From contig CAMBSN010000002.1 of NCBI GenBank assembly GCA_945870505.1, positions 10,366-74,365 on the forward strand: DNA of 64,000 bases, written 5' to 3'. The notes under the pieces were generated by a model. That model had not been told where the DNA came from and searched no databases. It worked only from the letters and a program-made list of their open reading frames with translations. The stretch's first letter is position 1. Every line of letters begins with the position of its first letter. The translations under genes and the position numbers were made by a program. Source of the stretch: Candidatus Kuenenia stuttgartensis. GTDB lineage: Bacteria > Planctomycetota > Planctomycetia > Pirellulales > UBA1268. Positions 58,543 through 64,000 of this stretch are shown here, piece by piece.

Positions 58543-59310
58543 ATGAAGGTCGAGTCGCTGTTCATTTCCGACGTGCACCTCGGCTGCCGCTTCTCGCGGG
58601 CCACCGAACTATTCGAGTTTCTCGGCCGCTACGAGCCCGAAAACCTCTACCTCGTGGGCGACATCGTTGACGGATGGAAGCTGCGGCGGAACTTCGTCTG
58701 GGACGACACCGCGAGCTTCGTCGTCCGGCGGGTGCTCGGGATGCTGAAGCGAGGTACCCGGGTGTTCTACGCCACGGGCAACCACGACGAGTTTCTCAGG
58801 GCGTGGTCGCCGCAGACCTTCGGCCACGTCGAACTTGCCGACCAGTTCATCCATCACACCCGCGACGGCCGCCGGCTGCTCGTGATCCACGGCGATCTCT
58901 TCGACCAGGTGACGAAGCACGCCCGCTGGATCTATCGGCTCGGTGACCGGGCCTACACCGCCGCCCTGCATGCCAATGCCTGGAGCAACTCCGTCCGCCG
59001 CCGGCTCGGCTACCCCCACTGGTCGCTGAGTGCCGCGCTCAAGGGGCGGGTGAAGACGGCGGTCAACTTCATCAACGACTTCGAGCGGTTCGTGGCCCGC
59101 TACACCAGGGAGCAGGAGTGCACGGGCGTGATCTGCGGCCATATCCACGTGCCCGCGATTCGGACCCTCGAAGGGATCGAGTACTACAACTGCGGCGACT
59201 GGGTCGAGCACTGCACGGCGGTCGTCGAGCACGTGGATGGCCGGATGGAAATGGTCGGCTTTCACGACGTGGCCGACCGCCGTTCGGCGATCGGGTACCA
59301 TGCCGCCTGA
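58543..59310 (+). CDS. LpxH-family metallophosphoesterase (UDP-2,3-diacylglucosamine diphosphatase-like)
   Basis: Contains the ordered calcineurin-like/LpxH motifs SDVHLG, GDIVDGW, GNHD, HGD and CGHIH. Confidence 0.8.
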   Translation: MKVESLFISDVHLGCRFSRATELFEFLGRYEPENLYLVGDIVDGWKLRRNFVWDDTASFVVRRVLGMLKRGTRVFYATGNHDEFLRAWSPQTFGHVELADQFIHHTRDGRRLLVIHGDLFDQVTKHARWIYRLGDRAYTAALHANAWSNSVRRRLGYPHWSLSAALKGRVKTAVNFINDFERFVARYTREQECTGVICGHIHVPAIRTLEGIEYYNCGDWVEHCTAVVEHVDGRMEMVGFHDVADRRSAIGYHAA

Positions 59311-59356
59311 CCGGCTGGGACGAGTCTGGCCGGCGCTTCCCGCGGAGGACTCGCCG

Positions 59357-59938
59357 ATGGCGACGAAGAAGAACGCGGCCCGCCGCCCGGTGGCGAAGGG
59401 CCGGATCGTGATGCGAACGGGCGAGGCGCTCGTTGAAGACGAGGCCGCCTGGAGCGCGGCCGAGCCCGAGGTGGTGATCGGCGAACTCGACGGGCCGGTC
59501 GGCTACGCGATCGCCAACCTGATCGGCGACCAGACGAAGGGGCATTCGCGAGTGTTTGCGATCCTCAACTCCGACGTCCAGGTGCGGCCGGCCACGCTGA
59601 TGGTGAGCAAGGTCACCGTGAAGAGCGAGAAATACACAAACATCCTCATGGGCACGGTGCAGGCGGCGATCGCCCACGGCGTGCTCGACGCCGTCCGGGC
59701 CGGCGACATCCCCAAGAAGAAAGCCAACGACCTCGGGATCATCGTGTCGGTCTGGCTCGACCCCTCGATCGTGGAGGTGGAGTACGACCCCGAGATCCTC
59801 TTCCGCACCAACCGCGAGGCCACGGCCAAGGCGATCGGCAAGGCGATGCGGCACGAGCCGTCGATCGACTGGCTGCTCGCCAACCAGACGAAAGTGCCGC
59901 ACTACTTTCACGAACTTGCCGTGAAGGGTGAGCTGTAA
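59357..59938 (+). CDS. fae: Formaldehyde-activating enzyme homologue
   Basis: GEALVEDE....EPEVVIGELDGPVG...NLIG and MGTVQAAIAHGVLDAV..G.IP align with my memory of Fae ([24 protein letters not shown]...; QHGVAMAVQDAVAEGIIP). It is about 190 aa. An alternative start is 59411. Confidence 0.75.
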   Translation: MATKKNAARRPVAKGRIVMRTGEALVEDEAAWSAAEPEVVIGELDGPVGYAIANLIGDQTKGHSRVFAILNSDVQVRPATLMVSKVTVKSEKYTNILMGTVQAAIAHGVLDAVRAGDIPKKKANDLGIIVSVWLDPSIVEVEYDPEILFRTNREATAKAIGKAMRHEPSIDWLLANQTKVPHYFHELAVKGEL

Positions 59939-59950
59939 GAGGGCTCCCGC

Positions 59951-60200
59951 CCGTCCAAGCCCAACGCCGTGAGGCGTGGGGCGGGGTGAGGCGCGGGGCG
60001 GCGTCCAGCGTGGTGCGCCCGAGGCCTTACGGCCTTCGGCTTGGACAAACCGGCGGTGAGCGATTTACGCCAGGTGTTTTGGGGTTTTCGCGCGATCCTG
60101 TCCGTCCAAGCCCGCCGTGAGGGGCGGGGTGAGGCGTGAGGCGTGGGGCGGCGTCCAGCGTGGTGCGCCCGAGGCCTTACGGCCTTCGGCTTGGATAAAC
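59951..60200 (+). repeat. Two direct copies of the family-B repeat (about 100 bp each, period about 151 bp)
   Basis: 59951..60050 and 60102..60200 share ccgtccaagccc...gccgtgagg...ggcgtccagcgtggtgcgcccgaggccttacggccttcggcttgga[c/t]aaac nearly identically. Confidence 0.8.
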
Positions 60201-60258
60201 TTTCGGTCGGGTGCGGTGTGGTCGGCGATCGGAAAACCGTATCATGCCCATCGGGTGA

Positions 60259-61572
60259 ATGATGCTCACAGCACGGAGCCGCAGTCTCATGGATGCTTCA
60301 CGACGACTTCGCAGGCGAACCTTTCTCGGTGGAGGCCTCGCTGCCGGTGCGGCGGTCGCGGCCCCGATGGTGATTCCGTCGTCGGCGCTGGGGCTCGACG
60401 GCGCGACGCCACCGAGCGAGCGGGTCCGCGTGGCGGGCATCGGGATCGGTCGCCGCGGCGAATACGACCTCGGCTGCTTCCTCCAGCAGCCCGACGTGCA
60501 GTTCGTGGCGATCTGCGACGTGAAGGAAGCCCGCCGGCAGGCGGTGAAGGGAATCGCTGACAAGCACCACGGCACCACCGAGTGCCGCACCTACCGCGAC
60601 TATCGTGAACTCCTCGACCAGCAGGACGTGGACGCGGTGCTGATCGCCACCGGCCCCAACTGGCACGGCCTGATGGCGATGCTCGCCGCCAAGGCTGGCA
60701 AAGACGTTTACTGCGAGAAGCCCTGCACGAAGAACATCGCCGAGAGCCTCCTGCTCCGCGACACGATGCGGCGGTGCGGCACCGTCTTTCAGGCGGGCAC
60801 GCAGCGGCGAAACCTCCCCCACTTCGCCTTCGCCTGCGAACTGGCGCGGACCGGCCGGCTCGGACGCATCACCCGCGTCTACGCTCATCCAGCCGGCATG
60901 AAGGCCTTCTCCAGCGGCTGGTTGCCAGAGGAGCCGGCACCCGATCCGGCCGTCGCCGACTGGGACATGTATCTCGGCCCGGCGGCCTGGCGGCCGTTCA
61001 ACTCAAAGACACTCGCCGACGGCTTCAACTTCGAAAAGGGGGGCGGGCTCGTCGGTGGCGGCGTGCTGGAGTGGGGCTCGCACTGCGTCGATCTCTGCCA
61101 GTGGGCGGTGAACGACTGCCTGCCACCGACCGACTATGCGCCGCCGGTCGAGGATCAGATCGTCTGCCGCTACGCAGGCGGCGCTGAACTCGTGTTTCGC
61201 GAAAAGGACTGGATCCCGCTCGGCTCGTGCCCCGTCCGCTTCGAGGGGGAAACAGGCTGGGTCGAGGCGGGCGACAGCGGCAAGATCGTGCTCTCGTCGC
61301 CCGAACTGATGGCGGGCCGCAAGGTCGAGGAGATCGGCGGTTACCCCGCGACGTTCCACGTCCGCGACTTCCTCGATTGCTGCAAGACCCGGGGCAAGCC
61401 GAAGGGCAATGCCGACGCCGCCTGCAACGCGCATATCGCCTGCCATGCCGCGAACATCGCGCTGTTTCTGGGTCGGCCGGTAAAACTCGACACCGAGTCG
61501 TGGCAGTTTGTGAATGACGAGGCGGCGAACCGGCTGCGGTCGGAATCGCTCCGTGAACCGTGGAGGCTGTGA
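60259..61572 (+). CDS. Gfo/Idh/MocA-family oxidoreductase with a twin-arginine signal
   Basis: The Tat-like N-terminus is SRRLRRRTFLGGGLAAGAAVAAP. The Rossmann motif is VRVAGIGIGRRG, followed by the EKP motif (YCEKPC). Confidence 0.85.
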   Translation: MMLTARSRSLMDASRRLRRRTFLGGGLAAGAAVAAPMVIPSSALGLDGATPPSERVRVAGIGIGRRGEYDLGCFLQQPDVQFVAICDVKEARRQAVKGIADKHHGTTECRTYRDYRELLDQQDVDAVLIATGPNWHGLMAMLAAKAGKDVYCEKPCTKNIAESLLLRDTMRRCGTVFQAGTQRRNLPHFAFACELARTGRLGRITRVYAHPAGMKAFSSGWLPEEPAPDPAVADWDMYLGPAAWRPFNSKTLADGFNFEKGGGLVGGGVLEWGSHCVDLCQWAVNDCLPPTDYAPPVEDQIVCRYAGGAELVFREKDWIPLGSCPVRFEGETGWVEAGDSGKIVLSSPELMAGRKVEEIGGYPATFHVRDFLDCCKTRGKPKGNADAACNAHIACHAANIALFLGRPVKLDTESWQFVNDEAANRLRSESLREPWRL

Positions 61573-63482
61573 TGACGAGGGCAGGTACAAACTGGTCGGG
61601 GTGGTGCGTGGCGCTGCTGGCCGCCGCGGTCGTGGGGATGGGCCATGCGCGCGGCGAGACGGCGGTGGCGCCGTCGCAAGAGCAGGAACTTATCGCGGTG
61701 ATTCGCTCAGAGACGCCGGAGTCTGAGAAGGCGCTCGCCTTCAAGAACTTGGCGATTCACGGGTCGCCGGCCTGCGTCGAGGCGGTTGCGACGTATCTGG
61801 GCAACGAGCGGCTTGCGTCGTGGGCGCGAATCACGCTCGAGGCGATTCCGGGTGGCGAGGCGTCGGCCGCGCTGCGGTCGGCAAGTGAAACGCTTTCGGG
61901 TCGCCTGCTCGTGGGGGCAATCAACTCGCTTGGTGTGCGGCGGGATGCGGCCGCCCTGCCGCTCCTGGAGAAGCGACTCGGCGATCCCGATGCCACCATC
62001 GCCGTGGCCGCGGCCGCGGCACTCGGCAAGATCGGCACGCCCGCAGCCGCCGCGGCGCTCTCGAAGGCGCTGGCCGCGGGTAAGCCTGATCGCGATGCGG
62101 TGGCCGAGTCCTGCGTGGTCTGCGGAGAACATCTGCTGGCCGCCGGCGACGCGCCCGCGGCGGTGAAGCTCTTCGATGCGGTTCGCCGGGCCGACGTGTC
62201 AGAGCAGCGGCAGGTGGAAGCCACGCGGGCGGTGATTCTGGCCCGGGGTAAGGACGGGATTCCCTTGCTCGTGGAACTCCTACGATCGCCGTCGCAGCGG
62301 CTCTTCAACATGGGCCTGTTCACCGCCCGGCAACTGGCCGCCGGCCCCGACCGCGATGCCGCGCTCGCCTACGAGGTCGACCTCGCGCTCCTGAAGTCGT
62401 TGTCCGGGACCGGCGAGACCACGCTCGCGGCTCAGCGGAAGCCGCTGGTGATCGACCTCCTGGCCGACCGCAATGCGGGAGGCGCGGCGAAGGCCGTGCA
62501 GCAGGCGATCCTGGAGGCAGCGGCGAGCGGCGAGCCCGCGTTGCGGCTCGCTGCGATCCGCGCGATCGGACGCTGCGGCGACGCGGCCTCGGCCGACGGC
62601 CTGCTTGGGACCGCGGCCGGAGCCGACGCCGCCGTCGTCCCAGCCATCCGAGAGGCGATCGCGACGATGACGGCCGACGGCGTGGACGAGCGGATGGTCG
62701 CAGGGCTGACCGATGCCGACGCTTCGGTGCTGCCGCTGGTCATCGGGCTCGTCGGTGACCGCCGCATCGGGGCGGCTACGGCGAAGGTTCTACCGCTCGT
62801 CGATCACAGCGATCCGGCGGTGCGGTCGGCGGCTCTGGCGGCGCTTGGCTCGATCGTCGAACTCGGCGACATCGATGTTTTGATCAAGAAGGCGGCATCG
62901 CCGCGGGACGATGCGGAAGCCGCTGCGGCGGCGACGGCGCTCAAGGAGGCAGCGGTGCGGATGCCCGACCGCGACGCCTGCGCCGCGCGGATCGCAGCAG
63001 CCATCGCGGCCGCGGGTCCGCGGGCCGGCGTGCTCATCGAGACCCTTGCCGACGTCGGGGGCAGCAAGGCCCTCGCGGCGGTTGCCACGGCGGCGAAGTC
63101 GGGCGACCCGTCGCTCGCGGATGTCTCGACGCGCGTGCTCGGCAAGTGGATGACGGCCGACGCGGCGCCGGTGCTACTCGAACTTGCGACGACCGACGCC
63201 GCGGGGCCCTACCGCGGCCGGGCCATGAAGGGCTATCTGCGGATCGCACGGCAGTTTGCCCTGCCGGAGTCTGAGCGGGCGGAGATGTGCCAAAAAGCCC
63301 TTGCCGCCGCCAAGGATCCCGCCGACCGGAAGGCCATCATCGAGATCCTCGTCCGCTATCCACATCCTGCCACGCTCGCGGTGGCCAAAGACGCGATCGC
63401 GATGCCCGATATCAGCGACGAGGCGAAGGCCGCGGTGACTGCGATCGAAGCGAAACTGCCGCCGCCCGCCGGCGGAAAGTAG
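61572..63482 (+). CDS. Secreted HEAT/ARM-like repeat protein
   Basis: It has a signal peptide. Helical repeats of the HEAT type recur, e.g. A..ALG.IG...A...L and D..VR.AA..ALG. The ATG overlaps the upstream TGA by 1 nt. Confidence 0.7.
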   Translation: MTRAGTNWSGWCVALLAAAVVGMGHARGETAVAPSQEQELIAVIRSETPESEKALAFKNLAIHGSPACVEAVATYLGNERLASWARITLEAIPGGEASAALRSASETLSGRLLVGAINSLGVRRDAAALPLLEKRLGDPDATIAVAAAAALGKIGTPAAAAALSKALAAGKPDRDAVAESCVVCGEHLLAAGDAPAAVKLFDAVRRADVSEQRQVEATRAVILARGKDGIPLLVELLRSPSQRLFNMGLFTARQLAAGPDRDAALAYEVDLALLKSLSGTGETTLAAQRKPLVIDLLADRNAGGAAKAVQQAILEAAASGEPALRLAAIRAIGRCGDAASADGLLGTAAGADAAVVPAIREAIATMTADGVDERMVAGLTDADASVLPLVIGLVGDRRIGAATAKVLPLVDHSDPAVRSAALAALGSIVELGDIDVLIKKAASPRDDAEAAAAATALKEAAVRMPDRDACAARIAAAIAAAGPRAGVLIETLADVGGSKALAAVATAAKSGDPSLADVSTRVLGKWMTADAAPVLLELATTDAAGPYRGRAMKGYLRIARQFALPESERAEMCQKALAAAKDPADRKAIIEILVRYPHPATLAVAKDAIAMPDISDEAKAAVTAIEAKLPPPAGGK

Positions 63483-63490
63483 CTGAGGTG

Positions 63491-63511
63491 CGAGGAGCGA
63501 ATCACTCCTCG
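63491..63511 (+). terminator. Possible stem-loop after the HEAT-repeat gene
   Basis: CGAGGAG-cgaatca-CTCCTCG is a perfect 7-bp stem 9 nt after the stop. No U-tract follows, so its function is uncertain. Confidence 0.3.
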
Positions 63512-63630
63512 GCAGGCGGAGGGAGCGGGGCGAGGAAGGCGAGCGTCGGCTATCCTGCCGTTGGCGAGCCAACTCGCACCGTCCCGCAGCCGGATTGGGC
63601 GTGCGGATTCAGAGCCCTGGAGATTGCCCG

Positions 63631-64000
63631 ATGACCCGCGGATGCTGCTCCTTCATGATCTGGTTCTGCGGCACGATCGCGTTTGCCGAGGTGACCTTCG
63701 AGAAGCAGACCCTCACCGAGCGGTTCGTGGCCGAGGGCTGTGCCGTGGCCGACTTCGACAAGGACGGCCACGCCGATATCACTGCGGGCAACACGATCTG
63801 GCACGGGCCAGACTTTGCCCGCACGACCGAGTTCACACCGCCAGCCAATAATCCATCGGGCCCTTCGAAGACGCCCTACGACCCAGCCCGCGGCTACTCC
63901 GACTCCTTTCTCGCCTACGCCCACGACTTCACAGGCGACGGCTGGCCCGAGATCCTCGTCTACGGGCTGCCGGGCGAGCCGGCGCACGTGTTTGTGAACC
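63631..64000 (+). CDS. FG-GAP/VCBS repeat protein, N-terminal fragment (continues past the right edge)
   Basis: My own translation gives MTRGCCSFMIWFCGTIAFAEVTFEKQTL...VADFDKDGHADITAGN...HDFTGDGWPEILV. The D-x-D-G-x-x-D calcium-binding FG-GAP motifs appear twice. Not in the supplied ORF track. Confidence 0.7.
   Translation, partial: MTRGCCSFMIWFCGTIAFAEVTFEKQTLTERFVAEGCAVADFDKDGHADITAGNTIWHGPDFARTTEFTPPANNPSGPSKTPYDPARGYSDSFLAYAHDFTGDGWPEILVYGLPGEPAHVFVN

Noticed and set aside
59975-60150. G-quadruplex-forming runs (ggggcggggtgaggcgcggggcgg) in family-B repeats
   Set aside because: G-runs are common in DNA of this composition, and there is no independent support for a G4 function.
59951-60200. 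Possible CRISPR array
   Set aside because: There are only two copies of about 100 bp, which is too long for CRISPR repeats. The spacer is about 50 bp, no cas genes are in the window, and a third copy is inverted elsewhere. It is better described as a dispersed intergenic repeat.

Overview
This is a high-GC chromosomal segment with no rRNA, tRNA, CRISPR array, transposase or integrase that I could recognise by eye. The gene content points to a member of the Planctomycetota (inference). Supporting genes are a DUF1559 pseudopilin-like protein, an ECF sigma factor paired with a Ser/Thr kinase, a type III glutamine synthetase, a formaldehyde-activating enzyme, a MoxR/DUF58/BatA cluster, and a Gfo-Idh-MocA/HEAT/FG-GAP cluster. 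About 55 protein genes are supportable. Housekeeping content includes gmd plus an epimerase, tdk plus a SMUG1-type uracil-DNA glycosylase, rsmG, glnN, an S41 protease, a pyrimidine-salvage cluster (cdd, upp, deoA, nupC), a PiT phosphate transporter, miaE and fae. Accessory content includes three toxin-antitoxin-like cassettes, an SMR pump, a multicopper oxidase with an unusual fusion, a patatin and a P1B ATPase. The most interesting items are as follows. (1) A five-gene operon at 15.2-23.3 kb is joined by ATGA overlaps and encodes only membrane or secreted proteins of unknown function. It may be the distal half of the MoxR/vWA/BatA module at 1.7-7.9 kb. (2) An overlapping LRAT-like hydrolase and ATP-grasp ligase pair sits at 42.0-43.7 kb. 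(3) A multicopper oxidase is fused to FG-GAP-like and Met-rich tails and followed by a pseudopilin-like gene, in a stretch of visibly lower GC. (4) Two families of structured intergenic repeats are present; one is about 300 bp with internal 16-nt inverted arms plus a perfect 8-bp hairpin. (5) A small TA/nucleotidyltransferase islet lies at 53.4-55.9 kb. All start codons are my own choices from the ORF track and local context. All family names come from motif recognition, not database searches.
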